Positions 1 through 14,286 of a DNA stretch of 64,000 bases are shown here, in pieces. How positions within the stretch are numbered: the first letter of the stretch is position 1; every line of letters starts with the position of its first letter. The translations under genes and the position numbers were made by a program. The notes beneath the pieces are model-generated. The model saw only the letters and a program-made list of their open reading frames with translations, was not told where the DNA came from and ran no database searches. The stretch is from Callorhinchus milii. Taxonomy: Eukaryota. Where the stretch lies: positions 95,172,001-95,236,000 of the forward strand of contig NW_024704742.1 of assembly GCF_018977255.1 (NCBI RefSeq), in the 5' to 3' direction.

Positions 1-220
1 AGATAGATAATAATCGCTCCAAATCCAAAAACAATAATAAATTGGTCATTTTCAATCTACGACTGTTTGTGGGACATTGCTGTGCGCAATTGGCTGCCGC
101 GTTCGCCCACAAATATACAGTCAACTCACTTTACAGTGTGTTCTGTGAAGCGCTTTGGGACGTCCTCCCGACGTGAAAAGCGCGATATCAAAATGCAAGG
201 ATTATTATTATTATTATTAT
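1..220 (+). mobile_element. tRNA-derived Deu-type SINE, 5'-truncated copy
   Basis: Same body (ctgtttgtgggacattgctgtgcgcaattggctgccgcg) and (tta)n tail as the full copies at 4009, 50739 and 61723. Confidence 0.85.
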
Positions 221-955
221 AGTGTTAGTGTTCAGAGGGATTTGGGTGTCCTTGTACACCAGTCTCAAAAAGTTAGTTTGCAGGTGCAGCAAGCAACTAA
301 GAAGGCGAACAGCATGTTAGCGTTCATTGCAAAAGGTTTAGAGTACAAGAGTAGGGAAGTCTTGCTGCAACTGTATAGGGCCCTGGTGAGACTATACCTA
401 GAGTATTGTGTGCAGTTTTGGTCTCCTTGTTTAAAAAAGGACATAAGAAGGGGTGCAGCGTAGATTCATTAGGTTAGTTCCTGGGATAAGGGGACTGACC
501 TATGAGGATAGGCTGAATAAATTAGGGCTGTATTCTCTAGTGTACAGAAGAATTAGGGGAGATCTTATTGAAACATATAAGATTCTTAAAGGGCTGGATA
601 AAGTAGACACCGAGGGTCTGTTTCCCCTGGTAGGAGAATCTATAACCAGGGGTCACAGTCTTAAAATTAAGGGACAGCCTTTTAGAATAGAGTTGAGGAA
701 ACATTTCTTCACTCAGAGGGTAGTGAATTTATGGAATTCACTACCCCAGAAGGCTGTAGATGCTCAGTCCTTGAACATTTTCAAGGCTGAGACTGATAGA
801 CTTTTTAAAAATAGAGGGATTAGGGGATATGGGGATAGGACAGGTAATTAGAGTTAGGTTAGAAGATCAGCCATGATCTTATCGAATGGCGGGGCAGGCA
901 CGAGGGGCCGATTGGCCTACTCCTGCTCCTAATTCTTATGTTCTTATATTCTTAT
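221..955 (+). mobile_element. CR1 LINE 3' fragment (ORF2 C-terminus, 3' UTR and tail)
   Basis: Translations LYRALVRLYLEYCVQFWSP, RGDLIETYKI and FFTQRVVNLWNSLP are typical of the CR1 ORF2 end; (ttcttat)n tail. Confidence 0.9.
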
Positions 956-959
956 ACTT

Positions 960-3355
960 CTTGTTCTCGCTCTTAATGAGTTTTTTAGGTTTTTTTTGCT
1001 GGTTTCTAAAACTCTCCCAATCTTCAGATTTGCTGCTTTTCTTGGCAGTTTTATAAGCTTTTTCTTTTAATTTGATGCTTTCCCTAACTGCTCTAGTTAG
1101 CCACGGATGACTTGCTTTCCCTGTGGTACTCTTATTCCATAATGGAATATGCGACCACTAAGAATTATGCACTACATCCTTAAATATTTGCCACTGTTGG
1201 TCTACATTTTTACCTCTTAATCTTATTCTCCAGTCTATTTTACCTAAATCTTTCCTCATACCTACAAAATTAGCCTATTTAAATTCAGAATATTTGCCTC
1301 GGATTTAATTATATCCCTCTCTAACTTAATGCAGAATTCAATCATATTGTGATCACTGCCCTTGAGGAGTTTTAATACCTACACTGCCGACTAGCCCTGT
1401 TTCATTACACAGAACAAGGTCTAGGATGGCCTGTCCCCTAGTTGGTTCCTTGGCATGCTGCTCTAGAAAGTTATCTCTCATACACTCAACGAACTCTTCT
1501 TCTAACCTACTTTTGCCGATTTGGTTTTCCCAATCTATGTGGAGATTGAAATCACCCACTATTATCGCTTTACCTTTCCTACATGCTCCACTGATTTCTT
1601 GAATAATACCTTGTGCTATTTTGTGATCACTGTTTGGGGGTCTATAAACCACTCCCATTAATATTTTCTGTCCCTTATTATTTTTTATTTCCACCCATAT
1701 TGTCTCGACCTCCTGGTCATCAGATTTCAGATCCTTCCTCTCCACTGCTTTTATTTCATCCCTAATTAACAGGGCTACCCCCCGACTTCGTTTTCCACAG
1801 TGCCTATCTTTCCTGTAAACTGAGAATCCTGGAATATTTAACTCCCACCCTAGATCTCCTTGTAACCATGTTTCAATGATGGCTACTAGATCGTACCCAT
1901 ATGTGTCTATCTGTGCTTTTAATTCATCAGTTTTATTCCGAATGCTTCGCGCATTCGGATATAACATTTTTAATTTCCTACCATTTCCTCTACTCTCTGA
2001 TTCCTTATCTGCTTTGCCAAGTTAACATATTCCTATTATCTGGCATGCTATTCTGCACTGTCATCTTTACTTTTTCTAATGCTAACTTATGGTTTCTCTT
2101 ACCTATATATTCCCCCCCCCTTTACTAGTTTAAATTCCTATTTACCTCCCTATTGATTTGTTTAGCTAGGACATTTGTCCCAGCCCAATTTAAATGCAGC
2201 CCATTTCTCTGAAAGAGCTCTCTTTTCGCCCAATACTCGTGCCAATGGCCCATAAAAAGAAACCCCTGAGTTCCACACCACTCTTTTAGCCATGCGTTCA
2301 AGTCCTTAATTTGTTTGTTCCTGTACCAATTGTCGTATGGTACAGGCAGTAGTCCCGATATCACCACCTTCGATGATCTTGACTTCAATTTGGACCCCAG
2401 CTCTTTGAATTCCCTTCTCAAGTCATCTTGTCCAACTCTAACAATGTCATTGGTACCTATGTGAAGTACCACCAACGGATCCTTGCCCTCGTATTTTTAA
2501 TTATCCTCTAGCCCTGCCGAGACATCCTTCACCCCAGCCCCAGGGAGGCAACAAAGCCTTCGGGTCTTCTGGTTGGTGTTGCAGATGATTGTATCTGTCT
2601 GTCTAATAGTCTCATCCTCAATGACAACAACCATCCACTCGTTTACTTCAGTGTTAGAGGTAGTTTTTCCTTCCACCTCACCGGCTTCCTTGTCGATACA
2701 AGCTCCAAGGATCTCATATCCATTGCTCAAGCTTAATGTCGGATTTACTACCACTCTTTCCGTTGTCCCCCTGATCTCCTGACTGTTAACTGTTAACCTA
2801 TCCTGACCAAAATCAATGGTGTTGACTATATATTCCCTCAGGCGAGTGACTGGCTCCAGGATGTAGCTATCCAGGAAGAACTCACTGTCTGATACTCCGT
2901 AGTGTCTGCACCTCAGACTCCAGCTCAGCTGGAGCTGCCTCAGTTGCAGACATCTTCTGCAGATGTGGTCGCCCGGGGTCAGACTGCCCTTCATCAGCTC
3001 CCACATGTCACTCTCCTCACATAACACCTGCCACGCCATTGTCACCTCTTCCAACTTGAGTTAGTTAGACAAGTTAATTTAAGTTTTAATTTAATCAAGT
3101 TGATCCAATTAAGTTGATCAAGTTACGTTAATCAAGTTGAGCCCGTGGTGTGTGATGTGTTGATAATTGTTAGTGTTAGTCAGTAATTAGTGTTGATACT
3201 GACGTCGCTCTGACGTCACGTTTTTATTTTCTCGCTGGTTTTTTATCCTCTGACTGGCTGACTGACTGCTGCTCTCCTCGCTGTGGCTGTATCCCCACTG
3301 CTCGGTCTAGGTTCCGCCCCTCGCTCTCGTGCCTCTGACTGGCTGACTGCCACGT
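960..3355 (-). mobile_element. CR1 LINE 5' portion: 5' UTR, ORF1 (zinc finger plus SGNH esterase) and ORF2 APE endonuclease, disrupted
   Basis: ORF 2497-3054 CRRCLQL; ORF 2125-2475 VVLHIGTND...GLHLN; ORF 1353-1967 NARSI, ETW, GVVYRPP, GDFN, ILDLV; stops and frameshifts present. Confidence 0.9.
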
Positions 3356-4008
3356 ATTATTCAAAAAAAGAGAGTTTCTCCTGGCCACAACAACAACAAG
3401 ATTCCATTTATTGAGCGCCTTTCACGTCGGGAGGACGTCCCAAGGCGATGTACAGTTGGGTCAGGACCCGAGCATTGGGGGGAAATGGTAAGGGTGAGGG
3501 GAGGGAAGGGAGGGAGCGAGGAGGGGGTAGAGAGTCGAGAGGGAGCTGAAGGCACGGTCAAAGATTCCCCTTGCATCCAGCCAATAATTCCCCTGGATAA
3601 ACTACTTATTCATTCATGACTATTTGTGGAATATTACCGTACACAAATATATAGTCACTAAGCTTTACAGAAGTTTCCTGTAAAGTGCTTTGAGATGTTT
3701 CAATATTACAAGCACTATATCAAATGCAAAGATGACTATCTGCTGGATGCATGCTCAATAACATCCTGTATTGGGACTGCTGTCTTCAGCCCTTTATGCC
3801 CATTTGAGTTCAGGATATTGTTCTTTAAATCATTCTCCCGGTTGCTTCTATCCAGCACTTTCAATGATAAAAAAAAGCTCCCTTTATAATATTTATGTTT
3901 ATCTGTCAGTCCATATGAATAGTTCACTTAAAAGTGACTGGATTTTACATTGTTCAAATGGTTGCCTGTTTGAATCATTGCATTGCAATGTTTTATACAG
4001 TGAATATA

Positions 4009-4322
4009 AGTCCTGTAGCTCAGTGGTTAGAGCGCTCGCTTTGCAAGTGAGAGACCTGAGTTCAATTCCAGGCAGGGCGAAACCTTGGGCAAGTTTCCTT
4101 ACTCCACACGCCTAATAATAATCCCTCCAAAACCAAAAACAATAATAAATTGGTCATTTTCAATCCACGACTGTTTGTGGGACATTGCTGTGCGCAAATG
4201 GCTGCCGCGTTCGCCCACAAATATACAGTCAATTCACTTTACAGTGTGTTCTGTGAAGCGCTTTGGGACGTCCTCCCGACGTGAAAAGCGCTATATCAAA
4301 TGCAAGGATTATTATTATTATA
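4009..4322 (+). mobile_element. tRNA-derived Deu-type SINE, full length
   Basis: A box (tagctcagtgg), TGC anticodon-like loop, B box (gttcaattcc), Deu-like core, L2-like 3' tail, (tta)n. Confidence 0.9.
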
Positions 4323-7300
4323 AGATGAATACTCAGTCATTTGCTCACTGTAAATTGCTCTTGAAAGGATTTGCAGTGTGATACAAACAAAGTATAAATA
4401 TTTTACAAGCATTTACTCCGTGTACTCAGTGCACCCGGATGTAACAAAGGAACAGATGTGCCTTTGCTTCTCATGATAAGTATCATATCTCCTGGCAAAG
4501 ATTCCACAAACAATTATTTCGGATCTGAATTTGTTATGGGGTTTCATTTTTATGAACCATTCCAATGATAATAATAATTATCTTTGCACGTGATATAGCG
4601 CCATATCATCTCATCGAGATGTCTCAAAGCACTTCACAAGATTTTACTATGAAATATAGTGTATTCAGAGACAAGTGCAGCAGCCAATTTGCACATTGCA
4701 ATGTCCCCAAAATAGTCATGAAATGAGTTGCCAATTTTATTTAGGGGATTGTTAGTCAGGACATTGGGTGAAACTCCCTTCTCTTTTCGAATAGCACCAT
4801 AGAATCTTTAACATCAATCTGAACAGACAGGCACGACCTCGGTTTAATGTCTCATCCGAAGAATGGCACCTCCAATAATACAGCACACCTAAAGCACTAT
4901 GAGCTTAAAGTCCCAACATGGGCTACAACTTCTGACTCTGAGGTGAGAGTGCTGTCAACTCTGCCAGGCTGCGTTTCCATTGGAAAATAAGACGGTTAAA
5001 ATGAAAATAAGTTATGCAAAAGACAATCATTCTATTGTGTTGTGAGATTTAAGAGGAATTGTGTTTGGTTCAGTTATGAACTGATAGTGTGCATCATATT
5101 AATGTCAAACTGTCTATGTGGCAGCACTCTTGCCAAAATAAAACACCAATTTTCACCATATAATCACTAAAATCAGTGCTTTTTTGAGTCAACATTTTAT
5201 CTGCCGATTTTCTCCTGATTGTTAACACTAAAAGTAGAGTCCTCCCTCTCATCCCCTCCCCGCAAAAATACACAGAATTTCTACAGAATTTCCATCAGTC
5301 AAATCAACCCTCCACTCAACAGAATGTACACATGTTTACATTCACAAGGCTTGTTGATGATAGTCCTGTCTGTCCAAAGATTGACTGTCTATAGTTTCAA
5401 ATTCTGTTCTTAATGATTGCTTCAACCTAAGAATGACAGACTTAGGACTTAGGAGTAGATGGAGACAAAGGGTCTAATTAAGAAGTGAAAGTTTGAATGT
5501 TTCTTTCCTTTTTTAAAAGAAACTGACTGCAGTGCTCTGGAGTGACAATATGTTGAGCTTATGTTAGTTAAAGAAAAAAGAAAGCAAGAGTAGCCTTTGC
5601 TTGTCAGCCTGTTTTCTGTCAGAGAATTGCCAGAAGTCTGCATCTTCTGCTTGCAGTTTGGAAACAGAACTAAGATTAAGACTTTTGGGTACATACCAGA
5701 ATACAAAACTGCACCCATTCATCACTATTTTATCACTCAAGTAAAGCATTTTCATTCGGAGAGTCCAACGGTTGTTCACTGTGACTTTTTATGTAGAGTC
5801 TTTCATGGCAGGAGAATGTCTCAAAGGGCTTCACAGGATGTACTGCAACTTGTAGTGATTTTGTATTTTGCAGGTGACCGTATGGAAACTAAGGCAGAGA
5901 AGAACGTATTATATTCTGCACCTTCTTTGTGCAATAGCTGACATAATAGTGTTCAATGCTGAAGTCTTGATGTCAAAAGAATTTTATTTCTCAGCACCGT
6001 TAGGACAACATGTACATAAATCAACCATAACAATAATATGAAATAGAGAATGTAAACCTTTTTTTGTGGTGGAAAGGCTCTCAAAGAAATATTTTGAACC
6101 ATTTCTTTTCATGATTTTCATTGATACATTTTCATTTCCTTTAAGTCACTTTCTGTTCCCTTTCTCTTTGATGATTTACAACAATTTAGTTGTACCTGGT
6201 AGTGTTTGCCTGCTTGGAAGTAAATATCAAGAACACAGTGTCAAGCTTCACATAATGGCATGCTGTATATCTGATAGACTTAAACTAAAGAATACTTTTT
6301 CCCAAATTGCACATACTGAGTTTAACATGTTTTTTCAGGTGAAATAAGTGACAGGTTTGAAAATACTCTGAGAGGTTTCTACCAAAGCTCTCTGAAACTA
6401 AAAACAGTATGAAACAAGTATGCTTTTAAAATATCACAATAAATAGTTATTTAGCTGAAATAATCTCTTAAGTAAAGATTTTTTTTTCAAGAGTTCAGGA
6501 GTCCAATCTCACATTTTGTATTATCAGATTCAAAGTAAGATTCACCAAAATAAGATTCTGAACAAAATGACATTAAGGTCAATGTGGATTTCTAGAAATT
6601 GGAATCTAAAGTGTTATGTGACCATCAAAAATACATTAGTCATTTGTAATTTTGTTTGCATTATTAATACATACTGTATATGAAATAACAAAGAAAGAGA
6701 GAAGAAACAAAACAGAGCATGGTAGCAGAAAAGTCCAGGCAGTTATATGAAGCCAAAGAGATTGCACTGTTCGGTTGGGAATTCCTGTCAATTTCTCTGA
6801 AGTGTTGCTCTCCATAAAGTGTGCTATAAAAAGCAAGTTGTTATTGTTAAATCTAGCTATGGTTTGCTTAGGCATAGTAATACAATCCAGGCTCAGTATT
6901 TTGAATCCACGAGGGAAGATTAATTGAAGTTGCTTTTTTGTACTTGGCAGGGCAGCTCTACAGCAGAAATCTGTTGGGTTTTTTTTGCACATTGATTGTG
7001 TTAACAATTAAAAAAAATCTGAGCAATGCAGCAACAAATGGTTGGTGGAATGGGGAATGTGAGGGCTGCTTCTCATGTGAGAGAGGCAATGGACAGGTTT
7101 GGTGATTCCCAGGAGGGAAGAATTCACACCATTTTAAGATTAAGACAGGCTGACACCAATAAAAAAAAGACTATTAAACAAGCAAATTCATGAACCATCA
7201 CATTTGTACAAATTCATTGATTATTTGCTTCATTGAATTATTCAGTGCCGAAATTAAATATATTCAAGCAGACAATTGTTTATCTAGTTGTATCCATGGA

Positions 7301-7841
7301 ACACAGATCTATTATGTAAAAAGTTTTAATCCAAATTCTTCTCACAGCTATTTTGTAAACAGTGGACATTGTGTGCAGTGTGCTGATACGGAGCTCACAG
7401 TCTAATCACTGCCACAATAGCATCTGGTTTCACTGAGTCATCAATAACCATTTGACCCTCTGTGGCAGTATCAGTAGTTTGGTTCCTGAGCCAGGCAGGT
7501 CCACACGTCTCCAGGTCATTGCTGATGATAGACCAGCGAAAGGACTTGGAGGTGCAGACCAGTCATTGGGGACAAGGATTCTTCCCACTTGGCTTCAGTT
7601 ACCCATGCAATCCAAAGCCCTAATAAGTAGGTGGTCCTAGCTGGACAAGTAGCGGGAAGTTTCTCAGACATACTCTTGTCAACCTACACCTAATACTCTC
7701 TGGAATTAGGTAAGCAGGGTGTGTCACTCCAAGAGGAGAGTGTGCCTTCCATTCCAGACACAGAGAATTCCCAATGTGTAGATGGCATACACATGTGGAA
7801 CTCTCAATCTGGTTTGGATACTCTGAAACATTCTGATGGGT

Positions 7842-8940
7842 AACAACAACAACAAAATTACATTTTTATAGCGCCATTCACGTCGGGAGGACGTCCCAAA
7901 GCGCTGGACAGACAGAGTTTCGGACCCGAGCTGAGGGTCGGGGTGGGGGAGGGGAGAGGGGGGAGAGCAGGGTGGAAGCCGTAAGATCGAAAGCACGATC
8001 GAAGAGCACGGTCTTAGGTGGGTCTTGAAGGTGGCGAGGGAGGGGGAGAGACAGAGGGATTGCAGGATGGAGTTCCAGAGGGTGGGGGCAGAGTGGCGGA
8101 AGGTCCGCCCGCCAATAATGTGCCGAGCAAGGCGGGGACGTGAAGCAGGCAGAGCCCGCTGAGTGGAGGGAGCGAACAGGATGGTAGGGGTTTAGGAGTT
8201 CCGAGAGGTAGGGGCGAGCAAAGCCATGGAGGGCTTTGAAGGTGAGAACCAGGATCTTGAACTGTATCCTCTGTGTGCGGGACTGGCTTAGCAAGGTGAG
8301 AAGGTGCTGACCGGAACCAATCAGGAGAGCCTCGGTCTTGTTGAAGTTCAAATGAAGAAAGTTAGCTCTCATCCAGGACTTGATGTCTGACAGACATTAT
8401 GTCAGCACAGCAGTGGTCCTAGCATCAAGGGTGGAAGCAGAGAGGTGGAGATGGGCCTTATTCCACATAAGTGTGGAATTTGACCTCATGTCTGTGGATG
8501 ATGTCACCAAGGGGGAGCGTATAGATGTTGAAGAGGAGGGGACCAAGGACAGAGCCCTGAGGAACTCGGCACGAGACGGTTCGGGGGCTAGAGGAGAAGT
8601 CATTTGAGGAGATGAAGTACATGCGGTGTGAGAGGTAGGATCTGAACCAATCAAGGACAGAACCATGAAGGTTGAAGTGAGAGGAGAGGCGGTGGACGAG
8701 GATAGAGTGGTCGATGGTGTCGAAAGCAGCAGAGAGGTCAAGGAGGACGAGGAGGCAGAGGGAGCCCTGGTCGCAGATGGACAGAATGTCATTTGTCACT
8801 TTGATCAGGGCGGTTTCTGTGCTGTGGGAGGCACGGAAGTCCGATTGGAGAGGGTTCGAGAAGGGAGTGGGGGGAAGAGGAAGGAGCAAAGCTGAGAAGC
8901 AACAACTCGTCCCAGGACCTTGGAGAGGAAGGGGAGGTTT
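7842..8940 (-). mobile_element. L2 (CR1/L2 clade) LINE fragment, reverse transcriptase to 3' tail
   Basis: QSDFRASHSTETAL, LLDLSAAFDTIDH, VPQGSVLGPLLF, RIQFKILVLTFKALHG; (gtt)n tail. Confidence 0.9.
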
Positions 8941-11900
8941 CAGTGCCTTGGGACGTCCTCTTAACGTGAAAGGCGCTATACAAATATAATGTTGTTGCTG
9001 TTGTTGTTGTTGTTGTTGTTGGAGATGGGACGGTAGTTAGAGAGTAGAGAAGGGTCCAGGGAGGGTTTTTTAAGGATAGGAATGATGACAGTAACCAAAC
9101 AGCAGAAATGTTCTTATTGCTGTATCAATAAATGATAATATCAGGCTAATATGCTACGTGTGATTTTGATGCAGTCAAGTGAATGGAGTTTCTCTTGATG
9201 ACCTCACTGACAATCCTCCAAATACAATTGGTCATTTACTCTGAGGCTGTTTATGGGACATTGCTGTGAGTAAATTGTCTGCTTCATTCATTTACAAATA
9301 CACAGTCACTACACCTTGCAGAAAACAAATGCACATTGATAATTATAGGCATTATATCAAATGGAAGGATCATTATCAACATATTAACTATGGAAATAAT
9401 GTTATTGCTGTGTTTTTCACTGTAGTACCACATACAAGGAGATGCAGTATTTTGATCATGAAGGTGGTCAAACAGCCTTTGTTATTCTGGAGTTGTCCTC
9501 CAGGTGGGGTTTCCACAAGCAAATTAACCTCAAACTGGTCCAGTTATTTTTACAGAGGTGTAAGGCAGCACTTGTAGATGAGATAACTCGAATCAAGACC
9601 TCACACAATCCGAACACAATCAGAAGCTCTCACCACTATTATTTTGTCTCACCTGCTGTGCTTCAGCTTGATCACAGATTGACGGGTTTCAGCTAACATA
9701 TGGAAGCTAACTTCTGGCTCAAACTCTGAATACCTACTGTTCTGGCATTCACAATCCCATCTGTCACCATGGCAGCCGTAGCCGCAGTGTCACTATGTGT
9801 AACATTCATCACGAGTCTGTACATCACCTACAGGGGTCGACTGTCCTGTTGATTTGTAGTGGAAGTGCTGCCTGCTTAGTAGCCTCATGGATTGTTTTTC
9901 AAACTACCCTCCAGCTAATTCTGAGACCAAACTAGTTGTAATCGTTGTTTCCAAAATATTATTTGTAATATGCTCTGTGTGTACTTTGAATCACAGAATC
10001 ACAATTACTTCACCCCATGGAATTGAGATCCCACAGTGACGAGCTGGTTTTGTTTCTGATCCATAAATCTTATTCTACAATTTTGGTTTGTATGAAGAAG
10101 CCCACCTGATCTCATACTTTCATAATACCCATCTTACTGTTCCCTCCCCCCATCACAGCATCAAGCTGCTTTTTAAATGAATCCAGTGTCCAAGCCACAA
10201 CACCTTCCTGGTAACCTGTTCCAGTAGTTAATTACCCTTTGAAAAGGAAAACTTCCAGGTATCTCTAATGCCTGGACAAACAATCTCTTATGTTGTGGTG
10301 ACCAGAACTATATGCAGAACGCAAGGTGTCATCTGACCAGAACACTATATAGCCTGAGTATGATGTCTGGTGGTGTCAACGTAACTGATTTAGCAATATA
10401 GTCCTGAGAACCCACACGCATACCTAAATCATCATAATCTTTGCCAGTGTTGACAGTGTTGGAAGAGTCCAGGGATGGATGTCTTGCATCCATGCAGACA
10501 CATCACTAGCTTTTCCCTCCACCTTGATTATAGTACCTAGTATCAATGCTGCATTTCGGGAATATCCCTCTCGACTGCCAAAATCTTTCTTAAGACTGCT
10601 GTTTCGATGAAACATTAAACTTAGGTCCCATCTGCCTGTTCAGTTAGACTTTAAAGATCCCGCAACAAAATTCGTAAAGAGAATGGAGGTTCTGCTAGTG
10701 ATCCTACAGTGACAACATTCATTTTAATCTTGCAACTATAGCTCTCCGCTCTCCTTTTCTCTTGTCTACTGCTTCAGTACAAAACATCCACCACCAGTTT
10801 TTTCTCTGTTAGCCATTATTTAATCCCAGTTTCACTCTTGCTCAACTCAAAATTTTCTCTGCAGCTGGATGACGTTGTAGTTACCTTTAAATACCAAGCA
10901 TCTGATTAAGAAGCAGATTCACATCATTAACCCATGTGCTGTTTGACTGACTTTTGTATTATTTAGTCGTGACAAAGCCAATTCCTGGAAGCCACTTAAA
11001 GTACTTCAAATCCCAATTGGCTGCCGTATTTCGCCCACAAAATGTAGTGTCAATTCACTTTAAGGTATATTCTGTGAAGTGCTTTGAGATGTCTCGAAGA
11101 CGTGTTAAGGTGCTTGATCAAATGCAAGGATTAGTACTATTACTATATTATTCGTGATACATTACTTACTGTATTTTTAGCACATGCCAATCTGGAAATG
11201 TTGGTACTGAGCCAGATCTGAAGTTTACTGCAAGGCATGATATACAGTTGCACTATGTTATTCACTTTGTGGCTGTTCGTGGGACTTTGTGCTGTACATT
11301 AACTGCTGCACTCTACTACAAAATACATAGTCATTAGATTTTAGAAAAATTCTGTGAAGCGCTTGAGGCATCCTCCAGATGTGAATGGCTTTCATCCTAT
11401 TCATCTCTTAAGAATTACGAGGATGGGATTGAAGTAGATGACCTTACCATACTGACTTTACACCGCACCCCGTCCCCACTCCTGGCTCGGAGTCAGGCTC
11501 TGCCACTGTTAAGCGCTCTGAGACGCTATCCTGCATTGAGGATGCTATATAATTGCAAGTTGTTGTTGTTGTGTAGCACCAGCAGAAAAATTATGAGCTG
11601 AATGACCTTCTTTGCTTTAAACATTCTGTACTTCAACTAGCGCAATTGTTGTTTTGTATTTTGCTTATAATATTTTGAAAGACACTTTGTAAAAGAATAA
11701 TAGCAATAATACTTAATTTGGTACAATGCTTAGAACATCACAAATGTCTCAAGGCACTTCACAAAGTTTCTGTAAAATATAGTGGCTGGTGTATTTGTAG
11801 GCAAACAAAGCCAAATTACACAAATTGTCCAACTGCCATGAAATAAATAATGAATTTCATATGGAGGATTGTTGGCCAGGGCACCAGGAGAAACTCACTT

Positions 11901-12214
11901 TCTTTTTGAATAATGGCATGGAATCTTTATTGTCCACCCAGGCAGACAAACCAGATTTCAGTTTATATTTCATCAGAAGATCAGTGCTTCTAACACCCCA
12001 CAGCATTACATATTCTGTTTTGTCAGCTGGGTGTCTGACATATGTGGAAAGTTCCACATATGCATGCCACCTACACATGGAAATATCGTTGTGTCTGGAA
12101 TGGAATGAGTACTCTCTCCTTAGAAGGATACACACTGCTTACCTAATGTATCAAGTATTAAGCACTGGTTGGCGAGAGCCTACTCTTGGGGACCACACAT
12201 TACATTGGGGCTAT

Positions 12215-12990
12215 TGAGAGAGTTTAACAGCTCTCTATCTCTGAGACCAGGGCTCCCTCCACAACCTCGTCCTCCTGGACCTCTCCACTGCATTCAATAT
12301 AGTCGATCACACCATCGTCATCCACCACCCCTCCTCCATCATCCAGCTTAGAGAGACTACACTAGGCTAGTTTGAGTCCTACCTAACAAACAGCCTTCAC
12401 TTTGTCTCTTCAAATGATTTCTCCTCCCACCCGCTAGGTCACCATGGTGTACTCCAGGGCTTCATCCTTGGCCTCCTCCTCTTCCTCATCTGTATGCTCC
12501 CTTCTTGGCAATGTCATCCGCAGACACAGGGTAAACTTCCACATATATGAGGATGACACACAAATCTATTTCTCCTCCTACTATAACTCCAGGTTCGCCG
12601 ATGTTCTGTCAGCTTGTCTGGTGGACATCAGGGCCTGGATGAGCGAAAACTTCTTATAACTAAATGCTGACAAGACGGAAGCCATACTTCTTGGCTCCCG
12701 TCAACGTCTTCTGTCCTGCGGCTCTGACTTCCTCAACATTTCTGGCCTATCCCTCAGACTCACCGAACCGGTGTGCATCCTAGGCATCAGGTTCGACCCA
12801 CAACTATCCTCCACCTCTGCCACATTGCCTGCCTGCAACCGTACCTTATACCAGATGCAATCGAAACATTCATCCCTGCATTCGTCACCTCCCAATTCGT
12901 TTTCAAATACCTTCATGCCCTACTTCTCTGACCTGCTTACCCCCCAACCCACACCCCGCTGCCTCCGCTTGACTGGCAAAGTGGGAAGAA
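12215..12990 (+). mobile_element. Degenerate L2 LINE RT fragment
   Basis: VNFHIYEDDTQIY...IRAWMSENFL (YADD-like motif), many frameshifts. Confidence 0.75.
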
Positions 12991-13968
12991 TCCTGATCTC
13001 CAACAACAAAGTGCATTTATATAGAGCCCCTCAAGCAGGGTAGTATCCCAGAGCACTTGACAGTGGCAGAGCATGATGCTGAGCTGGAGGAGGAGGTGGC
13101 CATAGGCACGGTCGAATAGGAAGGTCTTCATATGCGACCTGAAGATGGGGAATGAAGGGGCAAGGCAAAAGGAAAGACGAAGAATGTTCCAGAATTTTGG
13201 GGGGTAGTGGCTGAAAGCACGGCCACGAATGGTGAAACGAAGGGCACAAGGGACATGCAGAACACCGGAGCCAGTCGAGCTTCACAGGAATATAATAATC
13301 TGTGCATTTGATCTTTGAGACTCTCAAAGCTCTTCACAGAATATATACTGTAAACGTGAATTGACTGTATATTTTCGTGGAGGGATTATTACCTATGCTT
13401 AGCGATCCACAAATTGACGATTAACTGGGTTCCCACTTACTGCAAGGTAAACAGACGTTATGGAGTAAGGAACTTGCAGATTCCCGTACAGGTTTCGCCC
13501 TGCATGGAAATCAAACCTGGGTCCTCTCACTTGCGAGGCGTGTGCTATAAACAAAACTGTAGTGGTGTGACTGTGCATATTTTGTGGGCGAATGCAGCCA
13601 GCAATTTGTGCACAGCAATACTTAGCACCGCAGTCACCAGCAAGTGCCTTGCAGTACTGGCTCAGGAACTGGAGATCATCAGAGGGTTGACTCGATTCTG
13701 ACTGTTCGTTGCCAGGCATGTCACACCAGCATATACCCAAGGAGATTCTACTTATCTATCCACAAGGATAGAGAACTACACTGGAGTGTAAGCATGGCGT
13801 ATGAACTCAAGTCCTGCCGTGGATGGAAAACCACTTGTTCATTTATTTTAATGCTAACTCCCATCCTCTTTGCTGCAATTTACATTCAAACAGGCCTAAA
13901 TTTTAGTACCAGGTGGACTCATTCCATTTTTGTTTTGTATGTTGCAGCATATTTAGCAAGAAACCACA

Positions 13969-14286
13969 TAATAATAATAATAATAATCATAATCCTTGCA
14001 TTTGATATAGCGTTTTTCACGTCTTCTAGACGTCTCAAAGCGCTTCAGAATATGCTATAAAGTGAATCGACTGTATATTTGTGGGGGAACGCGGCAGCCA
14101 ATTGCTCACAGCAGTGTCCCACAAACAGTCGTGGATTGAAAATGACCAATGTATTATTGTTTTGGTTTTTGGATGGATTATTTTTAATAGTAAGGAAACC
14201 TGCCCAAGGTTTCGCCCTCTGCCTGGAATTGAACCAGGTGACTCGCTTGCAAGGTGAGTGCTCTAACCACTGAGCTACAGGATTCC
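13969..14286 (-). mobile_element. tRNA-derived Deu-type SINE, full length
   Basis: Reverse complement of the SINE consensus, with head and (tta)n tail. Confidence 0.85.

Noticed and set aside
221..3060. Twin-priming 5' inversion of a single CR1
   Set aside because: The inverted piece joins at the 3' tail rather than the 5' end; better explained as nested or adjacent insertions.
4009..4080. tRNA-Ala-like sequences (also 14215, 46355, 50739, 61723)
   Set aside because: SINE heads that continue into the SINE body; no proper acceptor stem or terminator.
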